From contig NC_043018.1 in the NCBI RefSeq assembly GCF_006345805.1, positions 3,658,001 to 3,722,000 on the forward strand: a DNA stretch of 64,000 nt. Reading direction: 5' to 3'. Positions 37,887 through 51,626 of the stretch are shown here, piece by piece; position 1 is the stretch's first letter, and every line of letters begins with the position of its first letter. Source of the stretch: Octopus sinensis (Eukaryota). The notes beneath the pieces were generated by a model. It did no database searches. It worked only from the letters and a program-made list of their open reading frames with translations, and had not been told where the DNA came from. Position numbers and translations under genes: made by a program.

Positions 37887-37972
37887 ATTTTCGACATATG
37901 TTTCGAAGTCTGCAAAGTCCCTAATTCCGAGTGAATAAGGAGTCCATTATGCAGCTTTCTATTCAGGAAAAT
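37887..37972 (-). ncRNA. Type-I hammerhead motif with C3/U8 core (CTGAATA)
   Basis: Minus strand: ATTTTC / CTGAATA / GAA-AG-CTGCA...TGCAG-AC-TTC / GAAA-CATATG-T-C / GAAAAT. Confidence 0.72.
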
Positions 37973-38546
37973 CCAGGAACTTAATTCTCCAACAAAATGC
38001 ACAACAAGCTTTTCGACGACTGCTCACGAGGAGCCCATAAAAATAATGGTAAATAATGTCTATTTATAGGTGGTGATGCCAGATTGGATGAAAGCAGGAG
38101 AAATTTCCGTTGACATAGTTCAAGGGCAGAATCAAGGTAGGAGAAGGAAGGTATAGGAAAATAAAGAGAGTGAATGTATTCTGTATGACTGGTGTTTATA
38201 TTTGATTTATTTTATGAATGAGTGCTCGAATGTATGAGTGTGTAAAATTGCCTTAAAGTGTGTGTGTGTGTGCGTCTTTGAATGCGTGAAAGTGTGTGTG
38301 GAAGGTAGAGAGAGAGAGAGAGATAGCAAGAATTAACGGTCAAGAACTGAAAAGACTGTGTCTGTGTGTTCGAATGTGTCAACTTAATAGGGAGAGGGGG
38401 GCCACAATAGCAATGACAAGATACAAGGTTACTGTTAGGATTGGTAGTAGTTCTTGGCAACTATAAGAAAGTCTTTTATACTAAAAGGGATGAGATATCA
38501 CCTTTCAAATTTTTTTAGGAAATCCAGGTGTTATCTATATTAGACT

Positions 38547-38918
38547 TCATTGGTATGAGAGAAAGGTATGCTTTTTCCAGTGTAGGCATCTGAAAGAACT
38601 CTCAACAATCGAGTTTATTAGTCGGCCTCGGGCAAACAGAATATGAAAGAGTTCGGAATTACATAGGGCACATATTTTTTTGCTCTTATCAAACGGTAAA
38701 GACACCGATAATATTGACCATTCCAGCCTAAAAGTTGAATTTGCGTTCTTCAAACGCCAGACTAATTTGCTTAGCCCAGTGGAGTGTTGTTTCCTTTTAT
38801 CCCTAAACGTGGAAAAATGATTTGATATTCTTGTGGCTAATTTAGATGAGGTAGCGCCGATATAGATTTTATGCCCTATGGTCGTAACTTCAACCGTGCC
38901 GTTTCTGTTGTGAATTTT
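38547..38918 (-). mobile_element. Penelope-like element GIY-YIG endonuclease C-terminal fragment, stop-free for 123 codons, no ATG start
   Basis: KIYIGATSSKLATRISNHFSTFRDKRKQHSTGLSKLVWRLKNANSTFRLEWSIL...KICALCNSELFHIL...LINSIVESSFRCLHWKK; YIG at 38864-38856. Confidence 0.8.
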
Positions 38919-39005
38919 CTACCCAGGTATCGGTTATATTTCGAATTATCCGTAATAAGATAATTCATTTGTCTACTTATATATATATATATATATATAA
39001 TATAT

Positions 39006-39047
<42 letters not shown>

Positions 39048-39954
39048 TATATATACTGTTGTGTCTGGGGAGAGTCATTCTCTTTTGGTGCCTTATAATT
39101 TAACACACTCACCGGTAAAATTCCCACTTATTTCTTTTTTATTTTTCTAAAAGGCACTAAAAGAGGCACTCTCTCCAGACATAACAGAATATGCTTCAAC
39201 ACCCGAACTCACAAAGAATCTTGCAAACCAAATGCAAAAGCGATTCGGGCTCTTCATAGATTTCGCATAAGACACGTGCCTGCTTGAAAAATCCTCGCTT
39301 TTCTGCAATATCTCTAGCCCTAGATGGCTTATTTTTTTTATACCTAGCACTATGTCTTTCTCCATTTCTAAGTTGAGGGTTAAAATAAAGCAACCCTTCA
39401 AAACACAACTGATCTTTACACACAGACGCACAGAATAACATCAATCAACGACAGCCGAGTGTCCAACAAACATCAGCGATCTGACTGTTGCCTGTACTTT
39501 GGACAAGAGATGCCAGTTAGTCTTTTACACCAGCAACGCTGGTTCGCATTAGCCCGAGTTGCTGGATAAGTTTTCGTTCCTTTAAGAATATTGCAGAACG
39601 GAAACTTTTCATAGATTTGAATTTAAATCTTAATCTATACAGAGATTTATTGCTTCAAGAAAACATTGAATTTGAATGACTTTTAATTTCTACGAGTAAA
39701 GATAACAACTCGGGCTGTAACTTCTGAGCCCGAGTCGGGCGTGTGTGAACGATGTGAATGATGTCAAGAGAACGTCTGCTACGAATGATATCTTTTGACA
39801 CAGGGAGCCTCTAAGACGATCGCCAGACATTGAACGAAAATAGATAAACTGTAACGAGGCTCAATAAAAGGAGCCCAAGTTATTGGCTGCAGTTACATAC
39901 TTGGATTCAGTGTTGGCAGAAATTAAATCATCTTGCCGGAGTCACCACAGATAT

Positions 39955-39989
<35 letters not shown>

Positions 39990-40079
39990 GGGAGAGTTTA
40001 CGAAAAAAACAAAAGACGAAGACAGGTGGTGTACAAAACAAACAGATGTATTAGTATAACGCTCAGGAATAGAAAAAGT

Positions 40080-40115
40080 CTTTTACGTTTCGAGCCTACG
40101 CTCTTCTACAGAAAG
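40080..40115 (-). ncRNA. Minimal hammerhead-like motif with atypical CTGTAGAA core, inside a repeat of about 160 bp bounded by (TA)n (39990-40149)
   Basis: Minus strand: CTTT-CTGTAGAA-GAGC(GTAG)GCTC-GAAA-CG-T-A-AAAG. Confidence 0.5.
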
Positions 40116-41115
40116 GGACACAGAAAAAAAACAAGGAGAGAAACAAGGCTATATATATATATATACACACACACGAACAAACACACACACATATATGCAC
40201 ATATTTGTACATGTATATACAGTAATATTTATGTTTACATATATGCATACATTCATACAGTTGTTATGAAGCAGCCTTCTTGTTTTCGACAGGTCTTCGA
40301 AAGACATTCATCATTAATCGGGTCACAGTGCAAACAATAATGAGTTAGCAAACATCAACAAACACCACACACACCACATGTTGCATAAAGTCAGGCATAA
40401 AATATTCATAGAGAGCACATGTGAATAGGTGCGTGTGATTGAAGCATACATTGTTTAACCGACTTAATGTGTTCTATAGAAAATAGACGACACATTAAGC
40501 CAGGCTTAAACGTTTGATACAAAAAGTGAAAGTAAATAAGTAAAGAGGAGCGGGAGCGGAGAAAGAGGGTAGAGAGACAAATTCAATTTTGCAGATGACC
40601 TAAATATTCGTTATTGCTGACTGCTTCTCAGATAACTCTGTCAATCCTACTATCTTTGCCACCTTCATTTGGTTGCACCAGATCGGGTTTTTTGGTGGCA
40701 AAAAGGTGGAAGTGAATTTTATCATCAATGCCTGTAGAGATCTCCATAGTCCATTAACGCTTAGGAGCATTCTTCTTCCTTGGAGTAGCTGGCTTCCAGC
40801 GTACACTTACCCTGCAAACTTTCATCATCCCGTCGTCTACAGTTTTTTGGTCTTTCATCGTTTTAAATTCATCAGCAAATATTTTTAAGTACTTGGTTGC
40901 TTTGCCATGTGCATTTGTGTGTACTCAATACCAGCGGCTAATTAAAGACTATGTGCTTCATCATACCGACCTACACGCGCGTGCGCACACACAGTATTTG
41001 TTTCCCAATCACATTATACCGGGTTCAGTCGTCCCACAGCGTGGCACGTGGGCATGTGTCTTCTACTACAGCCTCGGGCTGACCAAAGCTTTGTGAATGG
41101 ATTTGGTAGAAGCTC

Positions 41116-41172
<57 letters not shown>

Positions 41173-41377
41173 GGTGGGGTGTATGCGTGTAAACACACAC
41201 ACACACACATATTGTTTGTGTGTGTCGGCCCGAGGCTATAGTAGAAGACACTTGCCCGAGGTGCCACGCAATGGGACTGAACCCGGAACCATGTAGTTGG
41301 GAAAGAAGCTTTTTACTATACAATATAATAAAACAATCTATGTTTGTGTGTGTGTGTGTTTTGCATTTATAATAAAA

Positions 41378-42371
41378 CTAGCTTAAGGTGACCCGCTCTA
41401 CGCGCGGGTGAGGGTGTGGTTGTTACACTCTGTTGCTTCCTTTCTGTTTCTTATCCCCACATTCTCCCTCTTTGTTTCTCTCTCCTTTCTCTGTCACTTT
41501 CCCACTCGCTTACTCTTCCTTTCTCTCGGACTCTCCCTCGTTTTCTCTTACTCTCTATCTTGCTCTATCTATCTCTTTCCCATTTATAAAAAAAAAAACA
41601 AAAGATCTTGAGTAAGTTGAGAAAGAAATATTTTGAAATATCAATCATAAAAATCAATCAGTGACAACGGAAAGCACACTTACCTTTTGTACGCGCCACT
41701 ATTCGAGCGATTAAAAATAAGGAGAGAAAGGATTTCTTTGTTAAATTTAGCACTTATTTTGGGAATTTCTCGACGATTGACCATGCAAATGAAAGCTCTA
41801 AACACGGGCTACATGCAGCCGTAAATTTCTTTCAGAAAAAATGAAAACTGTAAACAGTAAAGATTAAAAGGCAAAAATACGTAAAAATAAGAAATTTTTT
41901 CAACTTCAAAAATCTTGCCTTAATTTTCAAAATTTCGAACCCATTATTTTCCGCGCTTAAATTACAAATCCGCTTCCACTTTATCATGTTGATTGAAATC
42001 TCTCTATAGATACAGACAGACGGACAGTGAGAGAGGTGGTGGGAGAAAGAGTGACAGAGACGGCGAAGCTGTCAAACGTCGTTATAAAGAGAAATTGGAG
42101 GGAAAGAAGGAAAGAGAGAGATGGAGGAAAACAGGCTGATATGCGAAATAGAGAGAAACGACAAACATTTGTCAAAGTGTGGGTTTTGTTGCCCTATTAA
42201 CCACAACTTTTGAGATAGGGGTGTCTAAAGTAGTCCATTCACTTTCCCGCCTCTTTTTACATGTCCCCGTAAATTTTGGAGCCAATCCGACCCCATCTGG
42301 TGCCCCTTAACCCGTTCCAATCCCCAAATGAGACAAACAAACTTTTCGCATTTCAGCTTTATAGATATTGA
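41378..42371 (-). mobile_element. Non-autonomous Helitron, second family
   Basis: CTAG at 41378-41381 next to the hairpin ACCCGC-TCTACGC-GCGGGT; candidate 5' TC at 42371 or 42365. Confidence 0.55.
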
Positions 42372-44352
42372 TAAATATATGCAAATTACAAAAATAATAT
42401 TAAGAAATATACGGTACAGTACTGTTTCTACGTCGCAGATTTTCACCTACCACGGTGGGGTTTTAGAACGTAACACCCGCGATAGTCGAGGGATTACTGT
42501 ACACATACGTCAATATATATATATGCATATACACATACACATGTAGATGTGTGTGTGTGTGTGTGCGTGCGTGTGTGTGTGTAAATATATATTCATATTT
42601 TACATAGTTTGTGGGGATCACTTACATTGATATTGGTTCTGCAAAGGGTACTATTCTGAGCCAAAATGCACCCCTCTTGCCAATTGGCAACCATCTCTGT
42701 CAGGTCTTCCGAGGAGGGGCCAGTCGATTAGTTTGACCCCAGTACACAACTGGTACTTAATTTATCGACCCCGAAAGGATGAAGGACAAAGTCGACCTCA
42801 GTAGAATTTGAACTCAGAACGTAAAGATAGACGAAATACTGCTAAGCATTACGCTTTTATGCCTTTCTTCATGGAATATATTTTGCCAAACTAAATATTG
42901 TTTTCTAATTAGCTTTAGGTTATCATCACTGTGTACAATTTTGTTCCGGTTGATTTCAAATTTGGTGTATGGATTAAGTTTTGTATACTAATTATGAAAA
43001 TGAAATTCATTTTCCCTATAAATTCATAATTAAAAGTTTATTGAACATCTGTAACATTTTTGCAAAATTTTTCTGGAATAAATAAATTGCAAATTCGGAT
43101 TCAGTGTCAAAATTGACACCTATATGATACATTAATGAATTTTTTTGAACATTTCGACATGCAATAACGATAACCACAAAGATCCAATTTAACCTGATTA
43201 TTTTTATTTAAGAATAACACAGAAAAAAGTATAGATTTTTTTAGAAGTGGGATGGTATTCAATGCAAAGTCTTTCGGGGTACCTGGCTCAGGTACGAAGA
43301 GTGGAACTTTAAGAAATACTGTGTTACGCGATGTTTCTTCTTGGGTTGGGAGCCCTGAAAAATATTTCCAGATTATTTTAAGCTAAGTATTTAGTTTCGT
43401 AACCAAGTGAGATTTAGAAACATAGTATTAATTGATAATCCTTTGTGTTGCAGGTATTAGGCCTGAAGTTCTGGAGGTGTGTGTGTGTGGGGGGATTTAT
43501 CGATTAAATCGACTCTAGTGCTCATCTGGTACTTAATTTATCGACCCCGAAAGGATAAAATGTAAAGTCGATTTATATTTTAGCGGAATTTAAACTTGGA
43601 ACGTCATATTAATTCATAATCAAGATAAAAAGTAAATTTTATGTCTGATGTTTGGTATTTCAAAGTTGACATCAATAATCTTTATCGTTTTCTTTCTCTT
43701 TCTTTTTTTATTAAATTCGATCCAGTGAAACATTGACAGCTGCTGGACAGTTGACATACAAAATTCACATAAATTTCTGTCCCAGATTACTGTGTCATTG
43801 TTGCTGTTGTTATTGTTGTTTAGTCGCACAACAAGCCTTTCCGCGGGCCGACCGTCTGGTCACCTCATTGCCAGATTATAGAATCGCCAGAGCGTCAGAC
43901 AAAATGCTTAGCGGCATACGAACCGATTCTTTATGATCTCAGTTCAAAACCCTTTTCATCTTCCAAGGGTTCAATAAAATTATGTCCCACACAAGTACTG
44001 GGGTCGATATAATAGACTCCCCACTGTCCTTAAAATCACTGGCCTTGTACCAAAAATGAGGAGGAAATATTTTAAAGGTGGCGAACTGGCAGAATCATTA
44101 GAGCATCGGGAAAAAAAACAAAAAACCCTGGCGGCATATCTTCCGGCTGCTTTGTTCTGAGTTCAAATGCCACCGAGGTCGACTTTGTTTTTTGTTTTTT
44201 TATCCTTTTCGGGGTGGAATACTGGCGAGGATGTAATCGATTTTCCCTTGTCTCAAAATTGTTAGCCTTATACCAAAAAATAGAAAGAACCACCACCACC
44301 ACCACCACCACCACCACCACCACTACCACTACTGTACTACTACTACTACTAT

Positions 44353-44406
<54 letters not shown>

Positions 44407-44993
44407 GCTAATTATACATCTGTTACTTTGCTCGATCTCCTGACAAGTGCAAGAACACTACCTACAAATACTCCCTACCGCTCGAAGGAAAAGGGAAGGA
44501 CATTAGATAGCGTAGTCCTAGATACACAGTGTCTTATCAATATCATAAGCGAAATGCTCTCGTTCCTAAGTCCGCTCGATTAGGACATTAACCAGGTGGC
44601 ATGTATAGATGAGTGCACAGAGTCAACAGATGGGATCCAGAGATTCTCACTATGGAAAAGAGTAGCGATCAAATTATTTGAATTTAGACTCGGAAACCTT
44701 TACCGAGGACCAGTTCTGCTGGGTAATGTGTGGCTATTAGAGGAATCGAAGTGAGCAGATATGGGGACAATGGTCAAATAAACAAATAAAACTGCTTAGG
44801 TTTGATATACAAAATATATAAAACATATATATATACATCAAGTGGTTCGCTTGACTTTTAGAGGCCCTTTGCAACTTTTTGTTGCAGTTCGGTAAAAGAA
44901 TCCGATAAAATAGCAAAAAAGTTAACAAAGGAAGAAGTACCGTGTTAATTGTTCGACCCTACATATCGATCCAGTACTTCTTATATACATACA

Positions 44994-45123
<130 letters not shown>

Positions 45124-45728
45124 CTCTTTTATTTCTTTTTGTCAGTCATTGGATTGCGGCCTTCTCACAGACCCACTTTGAATGGTGAATCGAACAAATT
45201 CACCCTATACTTCTATTTTTTAAATAATCCAGTGCTTATTCTTTTCCAATTTTTTGTCAACCTGCTAAGTTAGGGAATGTAAACAAACCAACACCGGCTG
45301 TCAAACGGTATGGGAACAACACACACACATATATAATATTTATGTATGTATGTGTGAATGTGTGTTTATATATGTGTGTGTGTATGTATGCATGCATGTA
45401 TGTATGTATACGTGTGTGTACGTATGTAGCCTTTTCTTATATGAGACGGCGGGATGTAATTCGAAAGATATGGGTACTATTTTAAGCATATCGCACGACC
45501 ACCTAGTGGCAGCTCTCCGTTTCTCGACCTCCCTTATCTCAGTGACGGTTGTCTGTGTTTGTTTTGAAGTTGTAGAGTGAATGAAGTGTGAGCTAAATGA
45601 GAAACCAGAGGTTACGGTGCGTCAGGTCAAAGTTCAACAAGTGACGTCCTTATCAAAACCACTTACATCTAAAACCAATATTGTTATTTATGTAACGCCA
45701 AGACATAGATACGGTAATACTGAGTTGA

Positions 45729-46113
45729 GTGGAGGCGCAATGGCCCAGTGGTTAGGGCAGCGGACTCGCGGTCATAGGATCGCGGTTTCGATTCCCAGAC
45801 CGGGCGTTGTGAGTGTTTATTGAGCGAAAAGACCTAAAGCTCCACGAGGCTCCGGCAGGGGATGGTGGTGATCCCTGCTGTACTCTTTCACCACAACTTT
45901 CTCTCACTCTTACTTCCTGTTTCTGTTGTACCTGTATTTCAAGGGGCCGGCCTTGTCACTCTCTGTGTCACGCTGAATATCCCCGAGAACTACGTTAAGG
46001 GTACATGTGTCTGTGGAGTGCTCAGCCACTTACACGTTAATTTCACGAGCAGGCTGTTCCGTTGATTCGGATCAACCGGAACCCTCGTCGTCGTAACCGA
46101 CGGAGTGCTTCCA
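45729..46113 (+). mobile_element. tRNA-derived SINE, family C, full length (GTGGAGGCGCAATGGCCCAGTGGTTAGG head)
   Basis: Near-identical copy at 56222-56606; 3' half also at about 13730-13908. Confidence 0.88.
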
Positions 46114-46329
46114 TCCAATACAGAGTTGACTGAAATCACGTGATATGGCAGTTCCGGCGCTAACGATTAACAATTCTCGTCTGCTACGATTTGTGTTCGT
46201 GCTTTTATAAGAAGGATTTCTCAAGGCCAATAACGCAGTGTTGCGTGTTTTAACGAGGCATCCACGTTAAGTTGTATGTAAAGATTACCTTTTGGTGTTA
46301 ATAATGTTTCCATCGCTAATAATTATAAA

Positions 46330-46680
46330 TGCTATATAATAATAATAATAATGAAATTATTGTATACAGTGCTCAGGTGCACCACAACTTGTCAGAAAGT
46401 GCGTATAAAGTGTATGCAGTAATGTACAAATGTCTGGAAAACGAACAATGTATGAGTCAGATACATGCTTGTGTGTGTATGGAGGGGAGAAAATCAGGTG
46501 TAGTGTTGGCGAATCTCAGAAAGCATGGAAGTTTTGAAGGATGCAGTGCTCCGGCAACTAACAACTGATACCGGCAGTTTGTTCCATGCTTCAGCAACTC
46601 TCAGCGTGAAAAAAAAGTTTCCTAAAGTCATGGGAGCTGTGTTGTTTTCTGACTTTGTAAATATGTTCACGGGTGTATAA
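46330..46680 (-). mobile_element. LINE (CR1/L2-type) 3' end with (ATT)n tail
   Basis: HIYKVRKQHSSHDFRKLFF then LRVAEAWNKLPVSVVSCRSTASFKTSM, the typical C-terminus of these RT ORFs. Confidence 0.75.
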
Positions 46681-46794
46681 AGGAAAGTGTGTGTGCATAT
46701 CACCGAAAGGCTCCGAAATTGTGCATCCGAGAGAAAAACGGATTTGATTTTTGTAATCTGCGTCGCGAAGACAAAGTATTCCATTAATATTTAT

Positions 46795-47000
46795 CAATTT
46801 CCAGTGAGTTTTAGTTTTGCCATGGCCATCAGTAACTCGCAAGGGAAACATCTTAGGTTGACGGTTGACATCTTGAAGTGCCCTGCATCACCCATTGTCA
46901 GCTTTATGTTGGGGTGTTCAGGGAAAGAAAGCAAGGGTAATCTTTACAACTATGCACCTTTTGGAAGAACAAAGCATCTTCGCTTATCGAGATATTATAA
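46795..47000 (+). pseudogene. Helitron RepHel (PIF1-type helicase) C-terminal remnant, frameshifted
   Basis: QFPVSFSFAMAISNSQG, alternate frame LEVPCITHCQLYVG, then GNLYNYAPFGRTK. Confidence 0.75.
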
Positions 47001-47553
47001 ATTTTCCCAAATAATGCGGAAATCCAACCTGACCAAGAGGCCTATCCACCAGGGAAGACATGAAGTGACATGGAATAAATAAAAAAACAAACAGTTGAAA
47101 TAAAGGCATTCTATTGTGAAAATCCGGAAACGATGGCCTATTCAGCTAGTGTGTGTGTGTGCGTGTGTGTTTGTGTGTGTGTCTATGTGTGTATACAGAG
47201 AGAGAGAGAGAGAGAATTAGTGTTTAACGCCACCTAAACATGGGTGTTCTTTAGGAACCACAGACACTGCTATTTTAACCCCAGGAGGACGCCTCCTACA
47301 CCTAGGTTTTCAGTGCTCACTGCACTCGATATATTTTGTACGTATGTATGTATGTGTGTGTGTGTATGTATGTATTAGGTGTTCGGTTTAAACTTGACAG
47401 TTTGCTTAAAAGGGAAAAGAAAGCACAATATTTCATGCAAAAATAGATGTAATAAAAAAAAACGATTACATTATGACTGGCAGATAATAGTTTACTGAAA
47501 ACATCCCCCTTTAGATTCAAGCACACGGCTCCGGAGCCTGGTGTGCGCGTTCT

Positions 47554-47960
47554 TCACTTTGTTCTTGTGAAGAACAGCTCCTTGATCTTGGACACCGGCT
47601 CGGTTTTGTAGCTGCAGGCAGGGTGGTTGTTGACTTTTCCAATTACGCCCCACACATGGCAATCTTTGGGATTACAATCGAAGGAAATGCTGAGCCGGAA
47701 ATTGGGGCATGTGATGTAGAAATTCACTAAGAACCACTTCTGGCTTTTTCCGAATCCTGCTGCCACACATATGGCCTTCCAGTAAAATCCCTCTCCAGCC
47801 AAACTTTAACCACACTCTCCAGCGGCTTAGAATAACGGTCTGAACTGAGCCTAAGGCCCTGTTCACAGACGTGGGGCCGCATGACGTCATCCTCATTGGG
47901 GACACACCCAAAGACAATCACATATTAGGTGAACTTGGTTTCATGACGTCCACGTCATGT
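47554..47960 (-). pseudogene. Tc1/mariner-type transposase catalytic-domain remnant
   Basis: MIVFGCVPNEDDVMRPH...LESVVKVWLE...GRPYVWQQD, then frameshifted KSQKWFLVNF...DCNPKDCHVWG...KIKELF. Confidence 0.8.
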
Positions 47961-50900
47961 TTCACAGCCTTTATAGCGTGCACGGAGGATTGAGCATCAG
48001 CCATGATGTCGGCATTTTGGTACTTGGCACCGAATCATCATTTTAGTACATGGCACTGATACAGGATACTCTTTTCTAATATCCGGGTGGCCACCCGTAT
48101 TCAGTTAACTTGTTTTCAACTTCAACTCTTATACTTTCCAACGCCGTTGACTGTTCGCCAAGATACATCTATCTCTTCCTGAAATAAAGAAAGCAAAAAC
48201 TTTTTAAAGCCAAAATTCAGTTTCCATCTACTAAATCCATTCACAAGGATTTGGCCGGCCCGAGGCTGTAGTAAAAAAAAACACTTGCCCAAGGTGCCAC
48301 GCAGTGGGACTGAACCTGGAACCATGTGGCGGGGAAGCAAGCTTCTTCGTACTACACAGCCATGCCTGTGCATAACAACTCTGGCAGTTCGCCGCCTTAT
48401 GTCGAGTTGCAATAAAAACAATTTAACAGTGAACTGAAGAAGTACTCAATACTTTTCGTAGAGTGCTTATTTAATACGTATTTAGAAGAAGAGGAGCGAC
48501 GGTGCTTTTGTGTTTTTGCCTGGCTGTGGTATGTGTTTATGTGTATATGAGTATAAAGTGAGGGAGAGAGAGGGGGAGAAAGAGAGGGAGAGAGATGGGA
48601 GAGGGGGGAAGGGAGAAGTGGAGAAAGAAAGAGAAAGATGAAATGTCGTCGAGAAAAATAGATGAGGTAGGGAAAGAAAAAGAAAGAGGACAGATTCTTA
48701 TGACGTCAATGTATTGTGAAAGAACAACAGCAACAACAACAACAACGATGACGTCGATGTCGACGACGATGACAACAACAACAACAAAACAACATCATCA
48801 GCAGAGAACAAGAATGTGTGTGTGCGTTCGTCTAAGTCATGTGGCTGGTGATGTGTTGATGACGGATGCTGTGTAGAAGATGAAGAGTAAACAGATAGAT
48901 GCCAATGATGCGGTTGTTGTTGTTGTTGTTGTTGTTGTTTTTGCTGTTGCAGATTTCATCATCGAGATGAAGAAAATGCTATAATTTTTTTTTTTGATAC
49001 GCATGCGTACAGAGGCAAATAATTAAGTGCGCGTGCGCACTTTAGCATCCCGACTTCCTCACAGCATCTCTGCCATGTACCGATGGAATCTGGGGCGAAG
49101 ACCGAAATATCATGCTACCACCACTGACATCACCAGTACTGCCCCACCCCCACCGCCGCCGCCGCCGCCGCCACCGCTGCGATTACAACCGCCACCACCA
49201 TCACAGCCAACCCACACCACCACAACTGTGTCACCATCATCAACACCACCACCACCACAACCACAACCATCGTCATTATTGTCATCATTACCATCCTCGT
49301 CATCATTATCCTCGTCACCACCACCACCACCACCACCACCACCACCACCATTATCAGCCGCATCAACAACAATAGCTACATCATATCCACGAGCTACTGA
49401 GAAAGCACGTGGCAAATGAGGAACACACAAGTGGTCGTCCAACCAGCAAGAAATAACAGCCAAATTACCTCTAAAATGGACACTTTGGCTTATATAGTCC
49501 TAGATACATGAATAAAAACTGACGAGGTGGTCACAGGAAGAATAATTCCATCTGAAGATACGTTCGCTCATTCAGAACTCTCATTGCATAAAGAAACACC
49601 ATGACCATCGCACCATCGCCACCTCTACCATGACCATGATTATCATCATCATTATCATTATACCATCGCTACTGCTGTCAAGATTGATATCATTAGCGTC
49701 CCCCATCATCATCAAAACTAATTCTATCATCACAACCATCACCACCATCAACAACACCACCGCCATTAAGACCTCCGTTAGCAACACCATCAAAATAATA
49801 CTGTCAGCGCCACCACTACCACCAACAAGACCGTTTTGAAGGATACTGTCATCACCCCCACCATCAACATCATCAGTAACACCACACCAACACCACAACC
49901 AATACCATCGGTATCACCACCACCATCACCACCAACACCACCATTATCAGTTTCCTCATTAACTGTCGGTTACCAACAAAATTCTTCTTCAAGACAAATA
50001 CCATTTAGACCACCATCAACAGCCCCACCAGCAACAACTCACCATCGAAATCGATTCCATAAGCGCCACCATCACCAAACAATATCATCTTCAAGACCAA
50101 TACCATCACCCCCACCCCCACCGCCATCAAGACCAATGTCATCAGCACCACCACCACCACCACCAACCTAGTCCTTCCTTTTCTACCCCATCGTCATTAG
50201 GGATCGACAAACGACATTTGGTGACCTCTTTGATAAACATTGAGTGCATGCGCTAGAACTTTTGTGGCTGATACAAAGTGTTTCTTTATACTCGCACACA
50301 TACATATGTATATACGAATGTGTACGCGCGCATGTGTGTGTCTCCCCCACATATTGTATATGGCTATATATTTTGTTTACATGACACCATTTAGTCAGCT
50401 AGAGAGGGATATATTTGATGCTTTCTTGCTTCAAGCTCTTACTCCAAGCTCTTGCTTGATAGGGCTGGGTTAAACCCAGGTTAAAATTCTCAGAGACGTC
50501 ATCATGCGTAGACCCGACCAGGTTCACCAGTGCCCTCCTTTGCTGGCGGCTCCGTACCAGCGCTGCCGCATCCTCCAATTCTATGCCCCCACCTAATCAG
50601 CAGATCGGTGAAGAGCTGAAATGGTGCCTTATTTTAACGACCCAGGTAAAATTGAAAAGAAAAACCCCCAAAACAGATTTGTACCTCAGTGAGAGTTGAA
50701 CTCACAACGTCCAATGCTGGTAAAAATACCACAAAAATATTTTACCCAACGCTGCCCCCACTTCCATCAACCCACAGCCATTGAAACCTTATCTTAGGAT
50801 GATAAAAAAGCAATTTGACAACCGAGATATTTGAACTCAGAACGCAAAATACTGAAGCGAATACTGCCAAAATTCTTTGCCCAACGCTCTAGCAATTTCA

Positions 50901-51493
50901 CGAAGTGACTGGCCCTGGACTGGACACTAAGTCACCGGCACAAGGATGAAAGGACAGGTTGACGTCAGAGGGGATTGAACTCACAAACGCAAAGGGCCAG
51001 AACAAATATCGCAAAAGTACTTTGTTTAATGCTCTAATGACTGTTAATTCACCGTCTGGAATGTGTTCTTAGATGAAAAAACGCGATGGTCACGGTTGGA
51101 CTACTTCTGCACGTAAGTCTGTTAGATCAGCAACAACAACGAAAACAACGAACATATCACAGTATTGTATCCCGCCTTAAGAATATATTATGTAATTCAT
51201 TCGATTCGAACGCCATATCTGCCAGTCGTTTTCTCTCTCTCTCTTTCTCTCTCTCACACACACACACACACATACACATACATACACACACACATATATA
51301 TATATATATATGCATGTATACATATATACGCATATATATACATACATGCACACACAGACACATACACACACATATACATTACATATAGAGATATACATAC
51401 ACACACATATATATATATATATACATACAAATAAGAAAATGGAGGAACAGATTCCTTTCAATCATCGACTTACAGATATTACCAATATATTAT

Positions 51494-51576
<83 letters not shown>

Positions 51577-51594
51577 TGTATGTATGTATGTATG

Positions 51595-51626
<32 letters not shown>

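Noticed and set aside
39147-39444. Two overlapping minus-strand ORFs of 82-94 aa
   Set aside because: No recognisable family or splice support; possibly a transposon remnant but unassignable.
45729-45810. tRNA-like sequences at SINE heads (also 14200-14275, 56222-56300, 62047-62120)
   Set aside because: They continue directly into SINE bodies and lack a complete acceptor stem; not tRNA genes.
48595-50171. Pro/His/Thr-rich ORFs resembling extensins or mucins
   Set aside because: Degenerate (CCA)/(CAT)/(CAA) trinucleotide repeats, open in several frames on both strands.
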